Assembly: GCA_023150875.1 (NCBI GenBank)
Contig: JAKLKC010000015.1
Coordinates: 21,953-85,952 of the forward strand
Reading direction: 5' to 3'
Source: Myxococcota bacterium
GTDB taxonomy: Bacteria; Myxococcota_A; UBA796; UBA9615; JAKLKC01
Length of the DNA: 64,000 bases
Positions 1-8,986 of the stretch are shown here, one piece after another. Positions within the stretch are counted from its first letter, which is position 1. The number at the start of each line of letters is the position of its first letter. The notes below the pieces were generated by a model. That model did no database searches. It worked only from the letters and a program-made list of their open reading frames with translations, and was not told where the DNA came from. The position numbers and the translations under genes were made by a program.

Positions 1-39
1 TTCCGCCTGATCGAGGACTGGCGGGGCGCGCGCTGAGCC

Positions 40-1431
40 GTGGCGGTGGCCTCCGCTCCCGAGGGCAGGGTCTACAGCGTCACCGGGCTGGTGCGGGAGC
101 TGAAGGGTGCCGTCGAGGAACGCTGGCCCCTGCTGTGGCTGGAGGGGGAGGTCTCCGGCCTCCGACCCGCCGCGAGCGGACACTGGTACTTCACCCTCAA
201 GGACGAGGGGGCCCAGGTGCCCGCGGTGATGTTCCGCAACGCCAACGGGAAGGTGCGGTTCCCCGTGGCCGACGGCGACGTGGTGCTCTGCCGAGGGCGC
301 CTCTCCGTCTACGAGCCCCGGGGGACGTGGCAGATCGTCGTCGACGAGATGCAGCCCCGGGGGCTGGGCGCCCTCCAGGCGGCCTTCGAGGCCCTGAAAC
401 GCCGCCTGCAGGCCGAGGGGCTGTTCGACCCGGCCCGCAAGCGCCCGCTGCCCTTCCTGCCCAGGCGGATCGGCATCGTCACCAGCCCCACGGGGGCGGC
501 GATCCGCGACATGCTCCGGATCCTCTCCGAGCGGGATCCCGGGCTCGAGGTGCTGGTGGCCCCGGCGCGGGTGCAGGGGCGGGGTGCCGCCGACGAGATC
601 GCCGCCGCCCTGGACCTCCTCGCCGCCGACGGCCGGGTCCAGGTGATCCTCTGCGGCCGGGGAGGCGGGTCCATCGAGGACCTCTGGGCGTTCAACGAGG
701 AGGTGGTGGCGAGGGCCATCGCCCGGTGCCCCGTGCCGGTGATCTCCTGCGTGGGTCACGAGATCGACTTCACCATCGCCGACTTCGTCGCGGACCACCG
801 CGCGCCCACCCCTACGGCCGCTGCGGAGACCGCGGTGCCGCGCCGCGCCGACCTCGAGGCGACCCTCGCCGGGCTGGAGGGGCGGATGGTCCAGGCGATG
901 GCCCGGCGGATCCGCCGGCACCGGGTCGACGTGGGGCGGCTGGAGGGGCGGCTGATCTCGCCGAGGCGGCGCCTGGAACTCTGGATGCAGCGCCTGGACG
1001 AGCTGCGGGACCGCCTCGCCCGCGCCGCGCGGACCGCCCTGGGGAGTGCCCGGAGCCGGCTGGACGCCGCGCGCCTCCGCCTTCGCCGGGGCTCGCCCGG
1101 GGCACGCGCCGCCCTCCTCCGCCCCCGGGTCTCGGCGCTGGACCTGGCGCTGACGAGGTCGGTGCGGGCGCGGGTCGAGCTCCGCCGGGCGCGCCTCGGA
1201 GTCCTGGACGGGACCCTGCACGCCCTCTCGCCCCTGGCCGTGTTGTCCCGGGGCTACGCCATCGTCCGCCGCCGGGGGGACGGCGCCGTCGTGCGGGAGC
1301 CCGGGGAGGCGCCCCCGGGCACGGACCTGACGGTGCGCCTGGGGACGGGCGCCCTGGAGGCCAGCGTCACCGCGGTCCTGCCCGGGGGCGAGGGGGCACA
1401 GCGATCCGAGGGGAGGCGGCGTCAGCGATAG
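40..1431 (+). CDS. xseA: Exodeoxyribonuclease VII large subunit
   Basis: N-terminal OB-fold (EGEVSG...SGHWYFTLKD), IGIVTSPTGAAIRD, RGGGSIEDLWAFNEE, VGHEIDFTIADFVAD, C-terminal LSPLAVLSRGYA. Confidence 0.97.
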   Translation: MAVASAPEGRVYSVTGLVRELKGAVEERWPLLWLEGEVSGLRPAASGHWYFTLKDEGAQVPAVMFRNANGKVRFPVADGDVVLCRGRLSVYEPRGTWQIVVDEMQPRGLGALQAAFEALKRRLQAEGLFDPARKRPLPFLPRRIGIVTSPTGAAIRDMLRILSERDPGLEVLVAPARVQGRGAADEIAAALDLLAADGRVQVILCGRGGGSIEDLWAFNEEVVARAIARCPVPVISCVGHEIDFTIADFVADHRAPTPTAAAETAVPRRADLEATLAGLEGRMVQAMARRIRRHRVDVGRLEGRLISPRRRLELWMQRLDELRDRLARAARTALGSARSRLDAARLRLRRGSPGARAALLRPRVSALDLALTRSVRARVELRRARLGVLDGTLHALSPLAVLSRGYAIVRRRGDGAVVREPGEAPPGTDLTVRLGTGALEASVTAVLPGGEGAQRSEGRRRQR

Positions 1432-1880
1432 ACGCGGATCATGCACTCCGCGGCGAGGTCGGCGACGTCCCGATCCGGCTGGAGGGCGCTCCAGGACTCG
1501 GTGATGACGACGTCCGCCCCCTTGGCGATCAGCAGATCCCGAAGGGCCGCCGCCGACGTGCGCTTCGTCTCCACCGGGGAGAGGGCGAAGGCCGCCACCT
1601 TCCTTCCGTCGAGGGACGGAAGGGACTCGATGAAGGCGCGGAGGCGGGAGTCGGGCCGCGGCGCGACGAGGGGCAGGCCCCCGTCGGGGCCGCCGAACAC
1701 GATCAGCCGGTAGCGGGACAGGTCGCCGGGACCCTTGCCGCCGCCGAGCTTCAGCGTGTCGGTCTCGAAGTTGCGCCACTCGAGGTGGGTCTTGAGGGCC
1801 TTCACGGCACGCTCGGTGCGGCCGGTGCGGCTGGTGTAGACGATCAGCGCGGGCAGCGGGGTCTTCCGCGGGTCGGACAA
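1422..1880 (-). CDS. Flavodoxin-like protein
   Basis: ALIVYTSRTGRTE FMN-phosphate-binding loop, YRLIVFGGP, LDGRKVAAF. Start re-called at TTG 1880, which has a GGAGG RBS (1889-1893); 3' end overlaps xseA by 10 bp. Confidence 0.7.
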   Translation of the reverse strand: MSDPRKTPLPALIVYTSRTGRTERAVKALKTHLEWRNFETDTLKLGGGKGPGDLSRYRLIVFGGPDGGLPLVAPRPDSRLRAFIESLPSLDGRKVAAFALSPVETKRTSAAALRDLLIAKGADVVITESWSALQPDRDVADLAAECMIRVYR

Positions 1881-1980
1881 GATCGGAGCCTCCCGAGGCG
1901 GGCGCCAAGATAGCCGGAACACCGCGCGCCAGCAACCGGCCCGGCCTTGCCAACCCTCCCCGCGCGGCGAGTCCTTCTCC

Positions 1981-3603
1981 ATGCCCCCCCCTCCGTGCGG
2001 CCCCTTCCCGCGAACCGCCTGGTCCCTGACGGCCGCCGTCTTCTTCCTCGCCTCCTCCTGCCAGCGCACCGCGTCCCTGGACCCCGGCGGGGCCGACGGG
2101 GACGGCGAGGGTGGCGCGACTCCCGACACGCGGGGGTCCGCCGAGGACGCCGACGGCGACGGACACCCGGCGGGCGAGGACTGCGATGACGCCGATCCCT
2201 CGGTCCACCCCTACGCCGTCGAAGTCCTCGATGGCCGCGACGGCGACTGCGACGGCGTCCCGGACCGCCGGGTGGTCCAGGACGCCGCGTTGGAGTGGAG
2301 CGGACCCGCCGCGGGGGCGCGCCTGGGGGAGGCCGCCGTCCCCCTCGGGGACCTGGACGGGGACGGGGTGGACGACTTCGCCCTCTCCGCGCCCGGCACC
2401 GCCGAGGGCTGGATGGCGGGCACGGTCTACGTCGCGCTCGGGGGGCTGGACCGCGGCGCAGGGGGCCTGGGCGCGTTCCCCTGCGCCTACGTCTCCGGCG
2501 CCCAGGGCGACCGGGCCGGCAGCGCCCTGGCCGGGGGCGACATCGACGGGGACGGCCAGGTGGACCTGGCGGTCGGCGCGCCGGGCGCCGGGACAGGGGA
2601 CGCGCCGGGGAGGGGGGCCGTCTACGTGGTCACCCCCAGCCGGGACTGCGCGGGTGAGGGGGCCGTGGCGTTGGAGACGGGACCCTGGTCCCTCCTGGGC
2701 CAGGCCGGGGGCACCGGACTCGGGGGCGTACTCGCCGCGGGGGATCGGGACCGGGATGGGGCGGCCGACCTGACCCTCGGCCTGCCGGGGGAGGGCGAGG
2801 CGGGGGAGGGGGCCGTGCTGACCGTCCCGGGAGCCCCCGCCCATCCGGCGCAGGGGGACGTCGCCGTGCCGGGCGGCCTCCGTCCCCTCGTCGTGGGCGA
2901 CGAGGGCGGGGAGGGGCTTGGCGCGGCCGTGGCCGTCACCGACCTGGACGGCGACGGCTGGCCCGACGTGGCGATGGGGGCGCCCGGCGCGGGGGGAGGC
3001 GGAGGGGCCGTGTTCGTGCTGTCGGGTCGCGACGGTTGGCCGAGGTCCGGGGAGGCGGTGTCGGACGTGGCCGCCGCGCGGTGGTGGGGAGCCGAGGGGG
3101 ACGGCGTGGGGACGTCTCTGGCGGCGGTGGGGGACGTGGACGGCGATGGACTCTCCGACCTGCTGGTGGGCGCGCCGGGGAGCGCCGAGCAACCCATGGG
3201 GCGGGCGTGGCTGGTGAGGGGCCGGCGGGAGGGGTGGCCCGCGTCCGCGGCGTTGGCCGAGGTGGCGTCGTGCGCCTTGGAAGGGGAGGAGGGGGAGCGG
3301 GCCGGCCTCGCGGTGGGCGCGGCGCTGGACACCGACGGGGACGGGCTCTCGGACCTGCTCGTCGCCAACGGGCCGGGGGCGGGTCGATCCCGGGTGTGGT
3401 GGGTGGCCGGGCGGTCGGCGTGGCCGCCGAGCCTGGCCCTGTCCCAGGCGGAGGCGATCATCGACACCCCTCGGCCATCTCGACCCTTCGGCGTCGGCGA
3501 CGTGGACGGGGATGGGGACGGCGACATCCTCGTGGGGGATCCCAGCGCCGGCGGTGTCGTCTCCGAGGCGGGGGCGGCGTGGCTCTTCGCCTGGGGGGAG
3601 TAG
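1981..3603 (+). CDS. FG-GAP (integrin-alpha-like) beta-propeller lipoprotein with N-terminal putative metal-binding (MopE-like) motif
   Basis: Lipobox-like FLASSC; EDCDDADPSVHPYAVEVLDGRDGDCDG motif; seven D-x-D-G-D-G-x-x-D FG-GAP repeats. Confidence 0.85.
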   Translation: MPPPPCGPFPRTAWSLTAAVFFLASSCQRTASLDPGGADGDGEGGATPDTRGSAEDADGDGHPAGEDCDDADPSVHPYAVEVLDGRDGDCDGVPDRRVVQDAALEWSGPAAGARLGEAAVPLGDLDGDGVDDFALSAPGTAEGWMAGTVYVALGGLDRGAGGLGAFPCAYVSGAQGDRAGSALAGGDIDGDGQVDLAVGAPGAGTGDAPGRGAVYVVTPSRDCAGEGAVALETGPWSLLGQAGGTGLGGVLAAGDRDRDGAADLTLGLPGEGEAGEGAVLTVPGAPAHPAQGDVAVPGGLRPLVVGDEGGEGLGAAVAVTDLDGDGWPDVAMGAPGAGGGGGAVFVLSGRDGWPRSGEAVSDVAAARWWGAEGDGVGTSLAAVGDVDGDGLSDLLVGAPGSAEQPMGRAWLVRGRREGWPASAALAEVASCALEGEEGERAGLAVGAALDTDGDGLSDLLVANGPGAGRSRVWWVAGRSAWPPSLALSQAEAIIDTPRPSRPFGVGDVDGDGDGDILVGDPSAGGVVSEAGAAWLFAWGE

Positions 3604-3723
3604 AGCCACGGGCCCCGCGGCGGGGTGGGAAGGTCGCTCCCATCCCCGGGTCCGGATCAGGCTTCGGGCGGCGGTTTCCTTCCCCTTGATACATGCCCGT
3701 CCCGGACTTTCTGGGGCTGCCCC

Positions 3724-3751
3724 TTGCAGGACCGTATCGGACGTGTATCCT
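3724..3751 (+). promoter_or_regulatory. Putative sigma70 promoter for the 3779 gene
   Basis: TTGCAG (3724-3729), 16-bp spacer ending in TG, TATCCT (3746-3751). Confidence 0.5.
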
Positions 3752-3778
3752 GACCTCTTCGAGCGAGGCCCGTCCCTC

Positions 3779-4141
3779 ATGGACACCGATATTCTTCGCA
3801 TGGTGAAGCGCGCCTTGCGCGAAGTCCTGGAGGAGGAGCACGCGTTCGGGTACGTACCCCTGTCGGACCGCTGGGCGGGGGGGCGCCTCGTCCTCCAACC
3901 CGGCGGCGGGCAGAAGGCGAAGGAGATCCCCGTCGAGGACTTCTTCAACAAGATCATTCTCTTGCGTGATCGGCTCCGGGTCCTTGAGCAGAAAGTCAAC
4001 GCGCACCCCAACCTTTCGAGGTCGGAGAAGATCGACCTCCAGCAGTACGTGACCAAGTGCTACGGGTCACTGACCACCTTCAACGTCCTGTTCCAGGACC
4101 GGGAGGACTGGTTCAAGGGCGAAGGGGGACAGGACTCCTGA
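3779..4141 (+). CDS. Conserved hypothetical protein (120 aa)
   Basis: Well-formed non-repetitive ORF; motif FFNKIILLRDRLRVLEQKVN...LQQYVTKCYGSLTTFNVLF recalled from an unnamed family in Bacteroidota/Myxococcota; start re-called at ATG 3779. Confidence 0.8.
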   Translation: MDTDILRMVKRALREVLEEEHAFGYVPLSDRWAGGRLVLQPGGGQKAKEIPVEDFFNKIILLRDRLRVLEQKVNAHPNLSRSEKIDLQQYVTKCYGSLTTFNVLFQDREDWFKGEGGQDS

Positions 4142-4428
4142 GCCCTGCTCGGATCCGGGGCGGCGGGCCGCCGCCGGAGCGCGTCCTGTCCGCGTGATCG
4201 CGGCGGGTCCCGAGCACTGACCGCCATTGATTGTGGATTGTCGATCCCGTGGGTGGGAACGCCGAAGAGGGACCGGCCCGGGCCAGCGGCCCACCGGAGG
4301 GCCCGCATGGACGCGGCCGTGTGGAGGGGGAACAGGCCCCGACCGCCCGTTGCTCGAACGCATCCGGCCCCGATCTCATGCACGCTTCGCGAGATCGCCG
4401 GCCCCGACTTTGCCTCCAGAGGTCTCCA

Positions 4429-5562
4429 GTGACGAACCGCTCCTACGACTCCATCCGCCTTCTCCTTCTGGACTCTCCCTCCCACGTCACCCTGCTGAGG
4501 CGCGAGATCGGCCTCAGCCTGTACGCGCTCGCCCAGATCTCGGGCGTCCCCGAGCCGGTGCTCTCCCAGGTGGAGAGGGGGGTGCGGGACGAGCTCTCGT
4601 CGGAGCGCATCAACGCCCTCGCCCGGGCGGTCGCCGCCAGCCCCTGCCCCCACTGCGCCGGCACCGGCCGCGTCGGCGCCCCCCAGATCGAGCCCGCCCC
4701 GTCTCCGGCCGCCGCCCCCGCTCCGGTGACGCCCGCCCCGCGGTTGGAGGCCCCCGCCCCTGCGATCGCGGCTCCCGCCGCCGACGAGGTCCCCGCCCCC
4801 GCCGCGCCGGAGCCCGCCGCCGCCCCGGTCGCCGCCGCCCGGCCCGCCGAGGCGACCCCGGCCGCCGCCGGCTCGTCGGGCCGTCCCGCCAGCTTCGCCG
4901 AGGCGATGGAGCGGCTCGACGAGGCGCGGCGCAACGGCGCCATCGGCGCGGTGATCGTCGAGATCCGCCGGCAGACCGGCGAGAACCGTCGAGCCTTCGC
5001 GGTGAGGGCGGGCGTCCCCGCCCACGCCCTCGTCGACCTGGAGAGGGGCAAGTCCCGCAGCACCTCGCAGCTGAACACCGAGCGCATCGCCACGGCCTGG
5101 ATCCAGGGGCCGAGCCGCGCGCCGTCCGGGGGCTCCACCGGATCCGGGTCGGGCTCCTGGACCGACGACGACGACCTCCTGGAGGATCCCGACGCCGGTC
5201 CCTCCCGCGCGCCGCGGGCGGCCACGCCCCGAGCCGCGTCCCGCTCCCCGGCCGCCCCCCCGCCGCCCGCGGAGGAGGAGGACGGTGAGGAAGGGGCCCT
5301 CCAGCGACAGATCTTCGAGACGCTGAGGACCGCGGTGGGAGCGGGGAACATCGGCTCCGAGCTGAGGCGGATCCGCCGGCGCCTGAACCTTCCCCAGCAG
5401 CTCCTCGCCCGCCGCGCCGGAGTCGAGCCCAAGCTGGTCCGGGACCTGGAGTCCGGGGCCCGCACCCGCCCCGGCGAGTCGGCCCTCAGGGCGCTGGCCA
5501 AGGTCCTGGCGGACGAGATGGGCCCCCACGGATCCCGCACGCGCCGCCGCGCCCGCCCCTGA
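4429..5562 (+). CDS. Protein with three XRE/Cro-C1 HTH domains and one CxxCxGxG motif
   Basis: HTH1 LRREIGLSLYALAQISGVPEPVLSQVERG; HTH2 IRRQTGENRRAFAVRAGVPAHALVDLERG; HTH3 LRRIRRRLNLPQQLLARRAGVEPKLVRDLESG; CPHCAGTG after HTH1; GTG start with AGAGG RBS. Confidence 0.8.
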   Translation: MTNRSYDSIRLLLLDSPSHVTLLRREIGLSLYALAQISGVPEPVLSQVERGVRDELSSERINALARAVAASPCPHCAGTGRVGAPQIEPAPSPAAAPAPVTPAPRLEAPAPAIAAPAADEVPAPAAPEPAAAPVAAARPAEATPAAAGSSGRPASFAEAMERLDEARRNGAIGAVIVEIRRQTGENRRAFAVRAGVPAHALVDLERGKSRSTSQLNTERIATAWIQGPSRAPSGGSTGSGSGSWTDDDDLLEDPDAGPSRAPRAATPRAASRSPAAPPPPAEEEDGEEGALQRQIFETLRTAVGAGNIGSELRRIRRRLNLPQQLLARRAGVEPKLVRDLESGARTRPGESALRALAKVLADEMGPHGSRTRRRARP

Positions 5563-5703
5563 CATACCCCTCGGCCCGGCCCCGAGGGCGCCCGCCCCGC
5601 GACCTCCTCCCGCCTCCTCCCCCTGCTCCTTCACTCCAGGTCCAGGCCCTCGCCCGCGGTCCATCGGGATGAGGTCCCGGGTGGGGAGGCCCGCCCGGCG
5701 GAA

Positions 5704-6819
5704 TCACGCTCCCCCCTCCTTCCACCACTCCACCCAGCGGGCCAGGGCCATGGCACGACGGTCCGCCGTCGTCCCCCTCAAGGGGGTGCGGGCCTCGATC
5801 AGCTCCCGCGCCCGGCTCCGGAGGTCCACTCCGGCGTCGCTCACCGGGATCAGCGGGGCGACGAGGGGGTGGGCCCCGACGATGCCCCTCCTGACCACCG
5901 CCCCGGCGGGATCGGCAGCGGGGGGAAGGTCGCGGCCCGCCTCGGTGGGAGAGTACCCTCCTCCGATATGGATCCACAGCAGCCCGAGGGACGCGGCGGC
6001 CCGGGCCACGAAGTCGGCGTGCCGTGGCGAGACCTCCGCGGCCCGGGCGTAGGAGCCGCGGTCGCCGACCCGGCCCGCCCGCACCTCGTCCAGCAACTCG
6101 AAGGCGCGGATGGGGTCGGCGATCTGGGGCACCATCGCGCCGGGAAGCGTCTCGTCCCCGGCGACCGGAGGGGCGCTGGCGTCGGGGCCCTCCTCGCCCC
6201 CCGCTCCGCCGGCCGGAGATCCCCCGGTGGCCCCGGGCGCGGCGGGATGGCCGCCGAGGACGTCCCGGGGCAGGCTCCCCTCCAGGGCGCGCCAGAAGTC
6301 GGTGAACGGCTCCTGCTCCCGCCGGAGGTCGAGGAGGGCGACACGGAGGCCCGTGCCCAGGGGGCCATCAGGACCGAGCCCGTCGAAGTGGCCGCCCACC
6401 ACCAGGGCGGCGAGGGGTTCCCGCGCGGGCAGGATGCGCAGCCGGTGCACCAGGCCCAGGAGCCGCGCCAGGAGCGCCGGGTCCGCCTCCTCCTGGGGGG
6501 CGACGAACCCCTTCAGGAGCAACGCGATGGCGTCCTCGATCCTGGCGCGGAACTCCGGGGAGGTCCCGTGCCGGGCCGCCCACTCCACGAACGCCTCGGG
6601 CGGTTCCCCCGTCGTCCCGGGGGCGGGATCGAGCTCCAGGCCCAGCAGGCGGGCCCTCAGCCAGGGGACGAGGGAAGCGAGGGGGCGGCCCTGGACCTCG
6701 CTCAGGGCGCTCGGGGGGTACTCCTGTCTCGGGGCTGGCACCTTCACCTCGGGGCCCCGAGCCGGCGGGTCCTGGGGGACGGGACCGCTCCGCGGCGCGG
6801 CCCGGCGCGGGGCGGGCAT
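5704..6819 (-). CDS. Hypothetical protein with C-terminal DUF7226-like winged-helix domain
   Basis: ATG 6819 with GGAGGT RBS; C-terminal pattern PQIAD...RHADFVARAAASLGLL...YSPTEAG...HPL...TTADRRAMALARWVEWW resembles DUF7226 as recalled. Confidence 0.6.
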   Translation of the reverse strand: MPAPRRAAPRSGPVPQDPPARGPEVKVPAPRQEYPPSALSEVQGRPLASLVPWLRARLLGLELDPAPGTTGEPPEAFVEWAARHGTSPEFRARIEDAIALLLKGFVAPQEEADPALLARLLGLVHRLRILPAREPLAALVVGGHFDGLGPDGPLGTGLRVALLDLRREQEPFTDFWRALEGSLPRDVLGGHPAAPGATGGSPAGGAGGEEGPDASAPPVAGDETLPGAMVPQIADPIRAFELLDEVRAGRVGDRGSYARAAEVSPRHADFVARAAASLGLLWIHIGGGYSPTEAGRDLPPAADPAGAVVRRGIVGAHPLVAPLIPVSDAGVDLRSRARELIEARTPLRGTTADRRAMALARWVEWWKEGGA

Positions 6820-6947
6820 TGTACCTCCCCCGAGGGCCGCGGGGGACGGCCCTCCCCAGGGGCCGATCTCGCCCGTCGTTCGGGGGGGCAGTTGATCGTG
6901 GGTCGGACTTCCCCGACACTCCCCGGGCTGGAAGGAACGAGCCCCAC

Positions 6948-8963
6948 GTGACCACGGCGGCACCCGAACAACATCCCGCGACGCTGATCCCCGTCCCCCG
7001 GACGGCGCCGCCGCGGACCGCCCTCGGCCGGTGGATGTTCGCGGGCGGGAGCCCCGAGGACGTCGCCCACCAGGCCCACCAGACCCACGCGTGGTACCGG
7101 GTGCTGTGGCTGACCGGCGTGGACTACTTCTCGACCCTGGGCTACCAGCCGGGCATCGCCCTGCTGGCCGCCGGGGCGATCTCCCCCATCGCCACGCTGA
7201 TCCTGGTCTTCGTGACCCTGTTCGCGCTCCTGCCGATCTACGGCGAGGTGGCCCGCCGTTCCTACAACGGCCAGGGCTCCATCGCCATGCTGGAACGCCT
7301 CCTGCCGGGCTGGAAGGGGAAGGTCTTCGTCCTGGTGATGCTGGGGTTCGCCAGCACCGGGTTCGTGGTGACCATGACCCTCTCGGCCGCCGACGCCGCC
7401 GAGCACATCGTCGAGAACCCGTTGCTCCACCCCTACTTCGGCGACGCCCAGCTCGTGGTCACGCTGGTGCTGCTCACCCTGCTCGCGCTGGTCTTCCTGA
7501 GGGGCTTCGGGGACGCCATCGGCGTGGCCATGGCGGTGGGGATCCCCTACATCCTGCTCAACCTCGTGGTGATCGGCCGTGGCCTGCTGGAGATCGCCCG
7601 GCACCCCGAGCACCTCGCCCAGTGGCAGGCGGCCGTCGCGTTCCGCGGCGACTGGACGGCGGTCCTGCTGGTGGCGGCGGTGGCGTTGCCCCGGCTGGCG
7701 CTGGGAATGAGCGGCTTCGAGACCGGCGTGTCCGTCATGCCCCTGGTGAAGGGATCTCCGCCGGATCCCCCCGCCCACGAGGACCACGGCGGCGAGCAGT
7801 CGGCCGAAGGCCGCCCCGAGGGGCGGATCCGGGCCACGCGGCGCCTCCTGACCGCGGCGGCGGCGATCATGAGCGTCATGCTCATCGGCACCAGCTTCGT
7901 CACCGCGGTGCTGATCCCCGAGGAGGCGTACCGCGAGGGGGGGAAGGCGTCGGGCCGCGCCCTCGCGTGGCTCTCCCACGACCTGCTCGGCGCCGGGTTC
8001 GGCACCCTCTACGACGTCTCCACCATCCTCATCCTGTGGTTCGCCGGCTCGTCGGCGATGGTGGCGATGCTCACCCTGATCCCGAGGTACCTGCCGCGCT
8101 TCGGGATGGCGCCCCGCTGGGTCTCCTACGCTCGGCCGCTGGTGCTGGTCCTGTTCGTGGTGGACGTGCTGGTGACCCTGTGGTTCGACGCCGACGTCGC
8201 CGCCCAGGGCGGCGCCTACGCGACGGGGGTGCTGGCCCTCTTCCTGTCGGCGGCGGTGGCGGTCGCCCTGGCACGGGGCCAGGAGGCCCGGGCCGCGCGC
8301 CCGCGGCGCTTCTCCCTCGGTGCCCTCTACGCCTGGGGCGCGGCGGCGATCTTCCTGCTGACCCTCGTGCAGAACTCCATCCTGCGCCCCGACGGCGTCG
8401 TGATCGCGTTGCTCTTCGTGCTGGCGGTGATGGGCCTGAGCGCCCTCTCCCGCTGGCGGCGGGCGACGGAGTTCCGGGTGGAGAGCCTCGCCTTCGCCGA
8501 CGCCGAGTCCGCGTCCCTCTGGGAGCAGATGGTGGGGCGGAAGGTCAACCTCGTCCCCCTCCGCACGGCGCGGGAGGCGCACCGCAAGAAGAAGGCGGCG
8601 GAGATCCGCAGCTACTACGCGGTGAAGGGCTCCCTCGCCTTCCTCCACGTCCACCTGCGCGACGACCGCAGCGCCTTCACCAGCAGCCTCAAGATCGCCG
8701 TGCGGCGCTCGGGGGACGACTTCGTGGTCCACGTGAAGGGGGCCGTGGCCATCGCCAACACCATCGCCTACACCAGCGAGCTCCTGGATCCCCGCAGCAT
8801 CTTCCTCGGCCTGACCCGCGAGAACCCCATGAGCCAGGCCCTCAAGTACCTGCTCTGGGGCCAGGGGGAGACGGGGATCCTCGTCTACCACATCCTGATC
8901 CGCTACTGGGCGTGGACTCCCGAGGACGACGTGAGGCCCCTCATCTTCCTGATGAGCGAGTAG
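6948..8963 (+). CDS. APC-superfamily amino acid/cation permease
   Basis: WYRVLWLTGVDYFSTLGYQPGIA, GQGSIAMLE, SGFETGVSVMP; about 12 hydrophobic segments plus cytoplasmic tail; start re-called at GTG 6948. Confidence 0.88.
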   Translation: MTTAAPEQHPATLIPVPRTAPPRTALGRWMFAGGSPEDVAHQAHQTHAWYRVLWLTGVDYFSTLGYQPGIALLAAGAISPIATLILVFVTLFALLPIYGEVARRSYNGQGSIAMLERLLPGWKGKVFVLVMLGFASTGFVVTMTLSAADAAEHIVENPLLHPYFGDAQLVVTLVLLTLLALVFLRGFGDAIGVAMAVGIPYILLNLVVIGRGLLEIARHPEHLAQWQAAVAFRGDWTAVLLVAAVALPRLALGMSGFETGVSVMPLVKGSPPDPPAHEDHGGEQSAEGRPEGRIRATRRLLTAAAAIMSVMLIGTSFVTAVLIPEEAYREGGKASGRALAWLSHDLLGAGFGTLYDVSTILILWFAGSSAMVAMLTLIPRYLPRFGMAPRWVSYARPLVLVLFVVDVLVTLWFDADVAAQGGAYATGVLALFLSAAVAVALARGQEARAARPRRFSLGALYAWGAAAIFLLTLVQNSILRPDGVVIALLFVLAVMGLSALSRWRRATEFRVESLAFADAESASLWEQMVGRKVNLVPLRTAREAHRKKKAAEIRSYYAVKGSLAFLHVHLRDDRSAFTSSLKIAVRRSGDDFVVHVKGAVAIANTIAYTSELLDPRSIFLGLTRENPMSQALKYLLWGQGETGILVYHILIRYWAWTPEDDVRPLIFLMSE

Positions 8964-8986
8964 TCGCCGCCGTCCGTGCCGCCCCG

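Noticed and set aside
40-1431. xseB is not adjacent to xseA
   Set aside because: xseA and xseB are often unlinked; it may lie outside the window
6820-6947. c-di-AMP (ydaO) riboswitch upstream of the APC permease
   Set aside because: No recognisable ydaO motif in the 128-bp intergenic region
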